A stretch of 63,501 nucleotides of DNA, counting the filler, from Octopus bimaculoides (lineage: Eukaryota): assembly GCF_001194135.2 (NCBI RefSeq). It is 8 parts of 7 records of this genome, joined end to end, with 100 filler letters (N's around TTAATTAATTAA, not from the genome) between each part and the next. Parts side by side here need not be neighbours in the genome. Positions count along the whole stretch, not along the records: positions 52,016 to 60,681 come from NC_068981.1; positions 60,782 to 62,048 come from NW_026424501.1; positions 62,149 to 63,501 come from NC_068988.1; 5 more parts are not named here. One strand, 5' to 3'. Under the pieces are notes generated by a model that saw only the letters and a list, made by a program, of their open reading frames with translations, had not been told where the DNA came from and searched no databases. Of the stretch, positions 52,592-63,424 are shown piece after piece. A program made the position numbers and the translations under genes. How positions within the stretch are numbered: position 1 is the stretch's first letter; every line of letters starts with the position of its first letter.

Positions 52592-54300
52592 TCTATATCT
52601 GTATATATAAAAGGTAGGATGTGTGTATGTGTGTGTGTACGTGAATGTAATTTATGCACATCCACAAATTAACACGCATGTCGTTTCAATTTTAGGAGGA
52701 CATTCATCTGCATTTTCGTCAACTTTTTCTCTCAGACGCACCTGCGTATATCTGTAAAAATCGATTTTCAACCATAACTTTTACCAATTTTGAAGTTTGC
52801 TAACATGGCGAAGTGAAAGTGTATGCGTGTGAGGGAGAGAGAGAAATTGTGTGTTGATGTATGTGTGTGTGTGTGTGTGAGAGGGGGAGTGAGGGAGAGA
52901 TAGAGATTGTTTGCCAGCGTCTAACAAAAAAAAAGTAAAGAAAAAGTGGGAGAGGGAGACAGAAAGCGTCTAACGAAAGAAAAGGTAGGTGTGAATAAGG
53001 AAGACAGTAAGTGTTAGCGTANNNNNNNNNNNNNNNNNNNNNNNNNNNNNNNNNNNNNNNNNNNNNNNNNNNNNNNNNNNNNNNNNNNNNNNNNNNNNNN
53101 NNNNNNNNNNNNNNNNNNNNNNNNNNNNNNNNNNNNNNNNNNNNNNNNNNNNNNNNNNNNNNNNNNNNNNNNNNNNNNNNNNNNNNNNNNNNNNNNNNNN
53201 NNNNNNNNNNNNNNNNNNNNNNNNNNNNNNNNNNNNNNNNNNNNNNNNNNNNNNNNNNNNNNNNNNNNNNNNNNNNNNNNNNNNNNNNNNNNNNNNNNNN
53301 NNNNNNNNNNNNNNNNNNNNNNNNNNNNNNNNNNNNNNNNNNNNNNNNNNNNNNNNNNNNNNNNNNNNNNNNNNNNNNNNNNNNNNNNNNNNNNNNNNNN
53401 NNNNNNNNNNNNNNNNNNNNNNNNNNNNNNNNNNNNNNNNNNNNNNNNNNNNNNNNNNNNNNNNNNNNNNNNNNNNNNNNNNNNNNNNNNNNNNNNNNNN
53501 NNNNNNNNNNNNNNNNNNNNNNNNNNNNNNNNNNNNNNNNNNNNNNNNNNNNNNNNNNNNNNNNNNNNNNNNNNNNNNNNNNNNNNNNNNNNNNNNNNNN
53601 NNNNNNNNNNNNNNNNNNNNNNNNNNNNNNNNNNNNNNNNNNNNNNNNNNNNNNNNNNNNNNNNNNNNNNNNNNNNNNNNNNNNNNNNNNNNNNNNNNNN
53701 NNNNNNNNNNNNNNNNNNNNNNNNNNNNNNNNNNNNNNNNNNNNNNNNNNNNNNNNNNNNNNNNNNNNNNNNNNNNNNNNNNNNNNNNNNNNNNNNNNNN
53801 NNNNNNNNNNNNNNNNNNNNNNNNNNNNNNNNNNNNNNNNGGTTGGACATATTCTCAAACCATGGCAACATGACTTATGAACTCTTCCTCTTTTTTATTG
53901 GACAATGCTGACTTCAACAACAATGCTCACTTGGCTGATATCAGTGATTGACTAAGTTGCTCATAGAGTTAACCTAGAAGGGACAGGCCCCTTATTTCTT
54001 GGTTAAGGCTGTTGGTAAGTTTTCCTAAGTTACTCCAATCCAGATCCCCAATGCAAACCTTCAGATCAACCTCCTATGCAGATCTCTAATGTAACTTTAA
54101 AAAAAACAGTCAATGAGTGGAAATAACCAATAAACTGATTCCTTATGGGATTTCACAATCAAATTGCCAGCAAACCATTTTCAGCCAAACCAATTTCAAC
54201 GGATTTTGCTCAAATCTGATGTTGATGTTACGTATTTTGGTTTAAAATAAAGCACTTGATCACTTAATAATCCTAGCTTATTCCCGGGCAATACTGCTAG
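52592..54300 (+). mobile_element. Probable non-autonomous Helitron
   Basis: 5' A|TCTATATCTGTATATATAAAA and 3' CCCGGGCAATACTGCTAG|T give canonical A/TC...CTAG/T termini. The subterminal hairpin is degenerate and an ~820-N gap lies inside, so linkage of the two ends is unproven. Confidence 0.55.
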
Positions 54301-56216
54301 TCATTGATAAAACTTTCTAGTCGTGATATATTTAGTGTTAAAATGAGAAGTAATGCTGATCAATCTGTGGTTGTGTACTAGTATGACAGTTGAAAGTTAT
54401 TACTATGGGCTAATTTTACGTTAAAAGGTGGAACAAAATTTCCTGCATTTTAGACCACCTTCTGGTCCCAGCACACAAAGTGAAAAGGTGTTGCTCTGGA
54501 GGATGGTGAAAGAGATGCACTGGAACAGTCACTCCGATTTACAGGGCTAACACTTACAGATGGCCTTCTCCATCCCAATAGTAGTGAGAAGGGATACGGT
54601 TGGGCTGGGGGCCAAGAATGCTGGAGGTCTCCACTGTCAGAGAGTGACCGATACCTTGACAATAGCAGAGACTGGGCTATTTTCAATGTTATATTTTGAG
54701 TATGTACAATTAGATGTTAATGTTGTCTTCTAGCTGTATTACAGATTTGCTTTCCTAAATCTTAATTCAGTATAGAGATTGGGTGTTATAAACCCATTAT
54801 CAATGAGTGTCATGAAGCAAACAGTGTGCTCCTAACAAGCCAGTGATGCAAGTTTTACATTCTTATTGAAGCCCTTTTACTTTACATACACTGTTGATTT
54901 ATAGGGAACATCTTGAACATCCCAACATCTCATATTCAATGCTATAATTCTGCTACATTGCATTCATTAAAAAAAATTATAAATCTAATAAGAGTGATGT
55001 ATGTTTTTTCATTTCTCACAATCTCAGTTTCAAATCTTGTCAGCAACAGTTATATATTTCAGTCCTAAGCAGAACAAATAGGANNNNNNNNNNNNNNNNN
55101 NNNNNNNNNNNNNNNNNNNNNNNNNNNNNNNNNNNNNNNNNNNNNNNNNNNNNNNNNNNNNNNNNNNNNNNNNNNNNNNNNNNNNNNNNNNNNNNNNNNN
55201 NNNNNNNNNNNNNNNNNNNNNNNNNNNNNNNNNNNNNNNNNNNNNNNNNNNNNNNNNNNNNNNNNNNNNNNNNNNNNNNNNNNNNNNNNNNNNNNNNNNN
55301 NNNNNNNNNNNNNNNNNNNNNNNNNNNNNNNNNNNNNNNNNNNNNNNNNNNNNNNNNNNNNNNNNNNNNNNNNNNNNNNNNNNNNNNNNNNNNNNNNNNN
55401 NNNNNNNNNNNNNNNNNNNNNNNNNNNNNNNNNNNNNNNNNNNNNNNNNNNNNNNNNNNNNNNNNNNNNNNNNNNNNNNNNNNNNNNNNNNNNNNNNNNN
55501 NNNNNNNNNNNNNNNNNNNNNNNNNNNNNNNNNNNNNNNNNNNNNNNNNNNNNNNNNNNNNNNNNNNNNNNNNNNNNNNNNNNNNNNNNNNNNNNNNNNN
55601 NNNNNNNNNNNNNNNNNNNNNNNNNNNNNNNNNNNNNNNNNNNNNNNNNNNNNNNNNNNNNNNNNNNNNNNNNNNNNNNNNNNNNNNNNNNNNNNNNNNN
55701 NNNNNNNNNNNNNNNNNNTTAATAAACATTTCATGTTTGATATCCTATCTTCATTTCAATGAAATTAAAAACAAATCTTCTATAAGTAAAAAGAAAACAA
55801 AACATGCAATTTATTAAAATTTTTATTATCTTTTATTGAACAATAAAAAAGAAAAAAACTATTGTAAAAACTATATTTCTAGCAATGGATTCATAGAATT
55901 CAAATGAAGGTTTTGATATCTGTTCAACAGGATGATAACTCTTGAAATCATCTCTCCATCTTGGTAATAGTTATTGGAAACTTTCGTAAAAATGCTTGCT
56001 CACAAAGAGATATTAAGATTTTCTGTTAATAAACATATAAGAGTATAATTAGAAATGTAGAAAACCAAAAAAATGTTAAGAAAATGATTGCTATACACTT
56101 GTTATAATGATATAAAAGACTGCAGTTGAATATATATATATGCATGTATGTATGTGTATAAATATATATATATATATATATACATACACACATATATATA
56201 CATGTATATATATATA

Positions 56217-56645
56217 TTCAAATATGCATTAGAAGTAGTGCTTATGTTGTAAATATTATCGACCACACATACTCAGTGTGTGCTTTGCATGTTCACCAGT
56301 AGGGATGACTTCCTCGAAGTGCCGGGTGCTAAAACACCTGAAAGTCATAGACAGGCAAAACAATACACCCCGAACCAAATCAGAGGGGAAAAGAATTGCT
56401 AGTCTATGACAATATACAAATAGTATAAAAACCATTTGCTGGTATGCCACGATGATGCGTATGAAAGAATGAATTCAAATATGGATTAGAAGCAGCGCTA
56501 GTGTTGTAAACGTTATCAACCACAAATATTAAATGCATGTGTTTTTCTTGTTTGCCAGTAGGCTGCGTTTTAGTGTGGTGGAGATGACTCTGCCTAAGTG
56601 TCAGATGTTAACACACCCGAAAGTTATAGACAGGCGAGACAACTT
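56217..56645. repeat. Two diverged tandem units of a ~250-bp repeat (third partial copy at 59257-59410)
   Basis: TTCAAATATG.ATTAGAAG.AG.GCT and GAAAGT.ATAGACAGGC each occur twice. 56393-56540 aligns with 59257-59402. Confidence 0.8.
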
Positions 56646-57088
56646 GCTCCAAAGATATATGTATGTATATATGTATGTGTATATATATATATATATATAT
56701 ATAAAAACACTCCCTTAAAAAATTATTTTTACTTTAACAAATAGAAACAGATAAACTCGAATAATTTTAAAAGTTTTAAAAAAACGAGTAAAATGTTATG
56801 AAATCCATGGTTGCATATGCTAATTATCAAAACTATTCTGTGAATACTAAGTAAAATAAGATTTTAAAGAAATTAAGAAGCAGCAGACAGAAAACACTGC
56901 AAGACTTTCTTCTGGTTTAAGTAACAAGCATTGTTGTATAAAGAGAGTTTACTTAGTACTATAAAAGATTAAAAAAGNNNNNNNNNNNNNNNNNNNNNNN
57001 NNNNNNNNNNNNNNNNNNNNNNNNNNNNNNNNNNNNNNNNNNNNNNNNNNNNNNNNNNNNNNNNNNNNNNNNNNNNNNNNNNNNNNNA

Positions 57089-57283
57089 TTACTCTTTGCG
57101 GACAATAATAACTGGAATTGCAGAATTATGGGCCACATAGTCACTAACACTGCCCAGTATAGTACGGCCTACAATTCCAAGCCCTCGGGTACCAGTTACA
57201 ATCATGTTTGCTTTCTCGTCTTTTGAAGCAGCAATAATTGCTTCCTTGGGTTTGCCAGTGAGTCTTAGAACTTTGCCTTTAAT
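57089..57283 (-). CDS. Universal stress protein (UspA domain), terminal coding exon
   Basis: IKGKVLRLTGKPKEAIIAASKDEKANMIVTGTRGLGIVGRTILGSVSDYVAHNSAIPVIIVRKE*. Contains the G-2x-G-9x-GS ATP-binding motif and a pyrimidine-rich acceptor (TTATGTTCCAG), phase 0. Confidence 0.93.
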   Translation of the reverse strand: MKGKVLRLTGKPKEAIIAASKDEKANMIVTGTRGLGIVGRTILGSVSDYVAHNSAIPVIIVRKE

Positions 57284-57689
57284 CTGGAACATAATGAGAT
57301 AAAGAGAAATATAACTGAGATGTTAATGCTTAAAGAGAAATCTAGTTATTCGAAAAGATGGAAGGGCATGAAAAAAAAGTTCACAAAATAGAGCAGAGCT
57401 TAAAAACTTTTCACGTTAGCGATATACTTTTTAAAAATAAAATATTTTGCAGTGCATTAATTAAATGTTGTTGACATTATGAAACTAAGGAAATTAATAA
57501 ATAAACAAATATCGTTTCATGTGACATCAGTCAATTAATTCACAGTCAAAAACATTCATAAGAATTAACCAGATTTGACTTAATTTCAAAACACACTTGG
57601 ATATTATCAGCGACATACCAAAGTGTGATGGCACACAATTTTGGAAATTTCTGAAATAGGGGATAGACTTATAATTAATGCATTGGTGC

Positions 57690-57752
57690 AAACATATGGC
57701 AAATTGAGGTAAACATATGGCAAAGTGAGGTAAACATATGGCAAAGTGAGGT
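57690..57752. repeat. 3 x 21-bp tandem repeat AAACATATGGCAAA(G/T)TGAGGT
   Basis: Direct inspection. Confidence 0.9.
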
Positions 57753-57859
57753 AACCAACTATATTTTAGAATTATTTGGGTATAATTCAGATTCAGATGA
57801 AACTAGTGAGGGCAAGTCAGAGAAAAAAAACTTGTTTATTGATTTTCTTACATGCATAA

Positions 57860-58430
57860 TCAAATTGACCAAATTAAAACCCCTGGTTATTTTAAAACTT
57901 AGAACTATAAATCCCTTCAAAATTTTCTGTCTGGAATCAACATCTATGTCTAAACAGAGGGATGGATGAAGGCTGGACAAAGATTATAATAAACTTTGTT
58001 TACAATGTATGGGGAGCAAGGCCAGGTCAAAGTAATCACTACTGTAACAAACATTTCTCTTTATTTAGAGTACGTTTCATGCATACCAAGCAGAAAAATA
58101 TTGTTAAAGCTGTTTGTGAAACTAAGATTGACATTGTAATTATTCCAGGTGGATTAACCAGTATCCTGCAGCCACTTGATGGTCATATTAACAAACCACT
58201 TTAAGGTAGATTGAGGAAAAGGTGAAATAACTGGATGATGAATGACAAGTAAACATTCAGAAATGGTGGTTCCATATAAGCATCTTTTTTGTGGTACAAA
58301 TTTGAATTAAACAAGCATGGAAAGATATTGATAAAGAAATTGCTGTGAAATCTTTTATGAAATATTGGATTTTGTGTTATGGATAGCACAGAAGATGGCA
58401 CTTTTCTATGACAATGATAGTGATGCAAAC
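57860..58430 (+). mobile_element. pogo/Tigger-family DDE_1 transposase remnant inside the USP intron
   Basis: KLKPLVILK, EGWMDE, KIDIVIIPGGLTSILQPLDGHINKP(F)K, WNNWM, KQAWKDIDKEIAVKSF. Multiple stops and frameshifts. Confidence 0.88.
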
Positions 58431-58939
58431 CTGTTAACTACTCAAGATTATAGAATACTATTTAGTAGTTCTGGTGATAACAGTGTTTTTTGCTTTTAAG
58501 GTTTATGTTTGTAATAACTGTTTTATGAAGTATTTTGAATAAATTACAGCATACCAAATAATATTTTCTTTTCAACACTCATTTTCACAAATGGTAGTTT
58601 ATTGTCAATAGGAGCTCATGAAAGATATACATACAGCACTACTATATGATATGCATTGCAAATGATCATCACCAAGGTCAGCACTCCCTTATATTTCAAT
58701 TCTGATAATAATTGTAAATTAATAATAGGTGTATATCTGTCTAGGCCCAAATCATTGGCTTGTGAGACTACAGGCCCAACACAAAACTTTTACTATTTCA
58801 ACAGCCCCTCATGTTATGTTTGGCCTCACCCATCTATAGTCAAAGTTGAACACTACACAAGTGCATAGTCACTGAAATTTCTTTACTTACTGCACTCACT
58901 TTACAAGAAATTCCTTTGTTGCCTTGTGGTGTAGTTGAA

Positions 58940-59235
58940 AATCATCATCATCAACCTTTAATGTCCATTTTCCATGCTGGCATGAGTTGGATGGCTTGAC
59001 AGGAACTGGCAAGGCCAGTGGCCCCATCAGGTTTCATAGTCAGTTTTGGCTTGGTTTCTATGGCTGGATGCCCTTCCTAATGCCAACTGAGTGTTTTTTA
59101 TGTGGTACCATCACCAGTGCTTTTAACACGGCACCAGGACCAGTGCTTTTTATGTGGCACCAGTACCCACACCAAAGTTTTTTACATAGCACCTTGGTTT
59201 TAGGATCTCATTTCTGTTGTGGTAGGCAGGTGTTG
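58940..59235 (-). mobile_element. SINE/RTE-type 3' tail fragment with (GAT)n end
   Basis: Minus-strand GGCATTAGGAAGGGCATCCAGCC and CAGCATGGAAAATGGACATTAAAGG(TTGA)TGATGAT resemble RTE-type tails. No second copy in the window. Confidence 0.45.
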
Positions 59236-59861
59236 ATGTAATATGATTTATACAATGAATTGCCAGTCTATGACAATACAAATAGTGTAAAAACCATTTG
59301 CTGGTATGCCACAATGATACATATGTAAGAATGAATTCAAATATGAATTAGAAGCAGTGCTAGTGCTGTAAACACTATTGATCACACATACTCAATGTGT
59401 GTGTTTTGCTTATTCACTGTGGATTAGTATATTATGTTATTTAGCCCCAGGCTGGTATTGATTGAGCAGACTTATTATCAAAGGTATTCCAGCCAGAACA
59501 TCAGGTCTATTATTCAACTGGTACTAGACTTTCCAATGTGTTCTACCTAGAAATAGCAGGCCAACTATGTAGATATCCCTTCATTGTTTTGTGTATGATA
59601 AGCTATGGCGTATAATAGCATGGCATGTTAGGGTATCGTGATACAGTAGAATAAGGTGTAGTACAGTATGTAGTGTGAAATGAATCAGTGTAGTATGGTA
59701 TAATATTGTATATAATAGTATCTCTGAAATACTTGAGCAGTAACTAAAGAGAAGAAAGGTGAAGTTTGTCCTAACATGAACTGAACTCAGAGATAGTACA
59801 GAACATGAACTAAGAGTCAATACTGTTTATATAAAAAATTATACTTTGGTATAGAGAGAGT

Positions 59862-60177
59862 GAAGGCGCATGGGTCAGTGGATAGGGCATCAGGCCCACA
59901 ATCATGAGGTAGTGAGTTTGAATCCCGAACCAGGCTGTGTTGTGTTTTTGAGCATAAATACTTTATTTCACATTGCACCAGTTCACTCAGCTGTAGAAAT
60001 GAGCTGCAACATCACTAGTGCCAAGCTTTATCAGTCTTTGTCATTCCCTTGGATAACATGAATGACATGGAGAAGGGAGGCTGGTAAGCACGGGTAACTG
60101 CTGGTTTTTCCATTAAGAACCTTGCCTGGACTTGTGCTTTGGAGGGGAACTTTCTAGGTGCAATCCCATGGTCAGTT
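59862..60177 (+). mobile_element. tRNA-derived SINE family D
   Basis: Head GGCGCATGGGTCAGTGGATAGGG...GAGTTTGAATCCC (degenerate A and B boxes) followed by a CORE-like GTTGTGTTTTTGAGC...CAGCTGTAGAAATG. Confidence 0.6.
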
Positions 60178-60334
60178 GGTGAGTCTTCATTTTTTTAATG
60201 TAAAATGATCACAAGCAGTAAACAGCAGCTATCATGCAACCAGTTAAGTATGACACTAGTAATTAATACAAGTTAACTATCCCTCTCCAACAATATTATT
60301 TATTCTTCCTAAAAGTATTTAGTTGAGAACTTAC

Positions 60335-60429
60335 AGAGTTTTTCTTCAGAATTTCAGCAAATTTGGCAATGAGGTTTTGCACACCATCTTCAATTACTTT
60401 AAACTGGTTACTAATTGCAACAGGGTCAC
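60335..60429 (-). CDS. Universal stress protein, internal coding exon
   Basis: Acceptor TTTTCTGTTTTGTAACAG and donor GTAAGT. Encodes (x)DPVAISNQFKVIEDGVQNLIAKFAEILKKNS, the amphipathic helix expected before the next strand, and splices in phase 0 to 57283. Confidence 0.85.
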
Positions 60430-60781
60430 CTGTTACAAAACAGAAAAAAAATATATACATATATATTTTAGGAGAAGGAATTAGAAATCTAAACTATCAT
60501 AGAAATACAATGTAAAACAAGAACAATTTAAAAACAGAATCCGATTGAGTTGGGTGGCAGATTTCACCTGATATCTAGTTTAGTACTACTTTGTATCTTG
60601 AGGGCTTTCAGCAGAATCTAATCTGTTGTATGCATTCAAACTAAGTCTCCAGTTTGAGATTAACTTCCTTTGACTAGTGTCNNNNNNNNNNNNNNNNNNN
60701 NNNNNNNNNNNNNNNNNNNNNNNNNTTAATTAATTAANNNNNNNNNNNNNNNNNNNNNNNNNNNNNNNNNNNNNNNNNNNN

Positions 60782-60885
60782 TGGTAAAGCCATGTACTGT
60801 CTGTAATAGTGTTTCCAGCTCTTTGTCATTTCCCATGTACTGTCTGTAGTAGTGTTTCCACCATGTACTGTCTGTAGTAGTGTTC

Positions 60886-60888
<3 letters not shown>
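60782..60888 (-). mobile_element. R4/Dong-type RT-core fragment with duplicated 5' junction, running into a gap
   Basis: NDKELETLLQTVHGFT resembles the segment after YMDD. ACACTACTACAGACAGTACATGG is repeated three times. (TAA)n lies upstream on the minus strand. Confidence 0.6.
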
Positions 60889-60930
<42 letters not shown>

Positions 60931-60934
<4 letters not shown>

Positions 60935-61158
60935 TAGTTTTATTTTTATGACGTGCTTTCACTTCACTACCGAGTGCAGCTCTGTGTGCCTTGGGTATGT
61001 GCTGTGGTTTGCTGTGATGCTCTTATGGTTACTGTATTGAAAGTGTTTTGCGTAGGATGTGTGCAGTGCCCAGTAGTGCAATTTTCTGTATGTTATATAT
61101 ATTTGTACGTCCTGGTGTTTTTGTTATGTATTTGTCTGAATATTTTTTATCATACCTA
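60931..61158 (-). mobile_element. Short 5'-truncated Dong-type LINE embedded in (TAA)n
   Basis: MIKKYSDKYITKTPGRTNIYNIQKIALLGTAHILRKTLSIQ* plus 3' UTR, with TAA repeats on both flanks. Confidence 0.9.
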
Positions 61159-61247
61159 CTATTATTATCATTATTATTCATTATTATTATTATTAATTAT
61201 TGTTATTATTATTATTATTATTTATTATTATTATTATTATTATTACA

Positions 61248-61430
61248 AAATGCTTAATGGCATCTCATCTGTCTTTACATTCCGAGTTCAAACTCCGAAG
61301 TTAACTTCACCTTTCATCCCTTCAAGATCAATAAAATGAGTACCAGTGAAATACTGGGGTCACTGTAATTCACTTACACCGTCCCCCACCCTAAAAGATT
61401 TCAGGTCTTCTGCCTATCGTAACAAGAGAT
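61248..61430 (+). mobile_element. SINE family B, 5'-truncated, tail type 2, flanked by (ATT)n
   Basis: CCTTTCATCCCTTC...AAAATGAGTACCAG...TTTCAGGTCTTCTGCCTAT. Confidence 0.8.
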
Positions 61431-61681
61431 TATTATTAGTATTATTAAGAAAACAATAAAGTGTGAGAGAAAATCCGTTAATTAAATTATGAAAGTTTTG
61501 TTTTCTCCCTAACTAATTACGAATAATTATTAGTCTCAGGAGAAAGAAAACAAGCAGAATGTGTTTGTAGTTCCTATGTTCTTAATTATCTTAATTAGCC
61601 TTTTAGTTAAAAGACCAACTGTTACCATGGCAACAGGCACCAAAATGGCAGTCATGAGATGATAACTTAGAACAGACATAC

Positions 61682-61722
61682 TTGTTTTCTCACTTTGTTT
61701 CAGCATTTTGTGTTTGTTAATC
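61682..61722 (-). CDS. Candidate first coding micro-exon of the USP gene (MLKQSEKT+1 nt)
   Basis: Acceptor TTCTTTTGTTTTGCCCCAG and donor GTATGT. ATG at 61706 ends in phase 1, compatible with the phase-1 start of exon 60335-60429. No homology support. Confidence 0.35.
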
Positions 61723-61810
61723 CTGGGGCAAAACAAAAGAAGTCATGTCAGAGTGTGAAGTTGTTTGTGGGTGAGGGAGGGTAATGTTGTTAGGTAGAGC
61801 TTGGCCTTTG

Positions 61811-61980
61811 GAGGTAGACATGGTTGTGGGGTTAAGAAGCTGCCTTCATAGCCATGGGGTTCCAGGTTCGATTCACACATTGGAACTTTGTGCAACTGTT
61901 CTCTAACACAGTCTTGGGTTAAATGCATTGCAACAAAAATTTGGCTGACAGAAACTGTACAGAAGCCTATTATGCATGTG
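61811..61980 (+). mobile_element. SINE family A 5' half, degenerate
   Basis: CATGGTTGTGGGGTTAAGAAGC...GGGTTCCAGGTTCGATTC matches the family A head. Confidence 0.6.
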
Positions 61981-62189
61981 TATATGTCTTTGCATGTGTA
62001 TATATATATATAAACTGGCAATATGACCATCCCCAAGTACAACAACATNNNNNNNNNNNNNNNNNNNNNNNNNNNNNNNNNNNNNNNNNNNNTTAATTAA
62101 TTAANNNNNNNNNNNNNNNNNNNNNNNNNNNNNNNNNNNNNNNNNNNNATATATACAAACATATATGGTGAGAATTCACAAAAAACAAA

Positions 62190-62354
62190 AGATGAAGACA
62201 GGTGATGTACACAACAAACAAATGTATTAGTTTAACGCTCGGAAAGTGAAAGAGTATTTAACATTTCGAGCCTACGCTCTTCCACAGAAAGGAACACAGA
62301 AAGCAACAGTGGGAGAAAATAAAGAATGTGTAGTGGCTAGCGATCTATCATGGC
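62190..62354 (-). mobile_element. Probable Penelope pseudo-LTR repeat (copy 2)
   Basis: Reverse-complement homolog of 22222-22410. Confidence 0.65.
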
Positions 62355-63211
62355 AAATGCCGGACAGAGGGGTCACACAGAAGAGCTAGGAAGAAGGACA
62401 GATAATAACGTAGTGGTGATCGTAAAACGATGGTGCACGTGCGTGCTTACAATAGAGCATCTATGTGCGTGTGGAAGAGGGCTGGTGACTTTGACGTGTG
62501 CGTATGTGCATGTGTAGCTGTGTGGATGATAGTGCAGGGCTGGGAAGTGGTCAGTGCTAGTGTCTGCGTGGTAGTCTGATGTTTTCCTCTATCATACATT
62601 TTGTCGTTGCAATGGTGGTGGTGGTGGTAGTGGTGGTGGTGGTTTTGGTGGCGGCGGCGATGGCGGTGGTGGTTTTTGTCGTGCTCGAATTCTTATCGTT
62701 GCTGCTGTTAGTTTATATTTTTGGTATTGTCTCATTTATTACGTGAGGTCAGCTTCGTAATAAGAATTAAAATCCCACGCTGTATTTTGGTTGTTGGTGT
62801 TGTTGCTGTTGTTTGTTGTCATAGTAGCAGTGAGGTTCATTGTACATTGAATTTGGTGAATGCCCACGTCCCCTTCTCTTTGAGAGTAGAAGGCAGAGGG
62901 CTCAGATGATTGCAACTCACTATTAAAGCTACTTCTTAATTCCTCTTTCATGTCTTTTAGCAATGCTGGTGTCGCCATGTCTGTTTATAAAATTATTTCT
63001 TCGAAAACAAAATGACAATATTCTTTTCAAAATTGCGCCCTCCAAAAAATCACAAAAGAAAAAACAATGAGAACCCAACCCTATGCATTGTAGTGGTTTT
63101 AACAAGCGTTTTGTAACAAAATAAACAACTTTTAGAGACAAAAATAGAAGTAAAATGTTTGCGAGCAAAATGAGACATATCTCCCGCTACTATGAATAAT
63201 GATAATAATAA

Positions 63212-63422
63212 CCTTTCTGTTATAAGCGGAAGGCCTGAAACTTTGGGGAAGGGGAATAGCTGATTACATTGACCCCACGTCTGAACTGGTACTTAATTGA
63301 TCCACCCCTAAAGAATGAAAGGCAAAGTCGACCTCGGCGGAATTTGAACTCAAACGTAGCGACGGGCAACATACATCTAAACATTTTGCCCGGCATGCTA
63401 ACGATTCTGCCAGCTCGCCGCC

Positions 63423-63424
<2 letters not shown>
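63212..63424 (-). mobile_element. SINE family B, full length, tail type 2, TAA on both flanks
   Basis: GAATGAAAGGCAAAGTCGACCTCGGCGGAATTTGAACTC...GCCAGCTCGCCGCCTT. Confidence 0.9.

Noticed and set aside
57089-57283. USP exon as a bacterial contaminant or recent horizontal transfer
   Set aside because: It has canonical spliceosomal acceptor and donor sites with phase-compatible exons and sits among host SINEs.
60790-60888. Independent minisatellite (CCATGTACTGTCTGTAGTAGTGTT x3)
   Set aside because: Better explained as a duplicated 5' junction of a Dong-type RT fragment (reads ETLLQTVHG on the minus strand).
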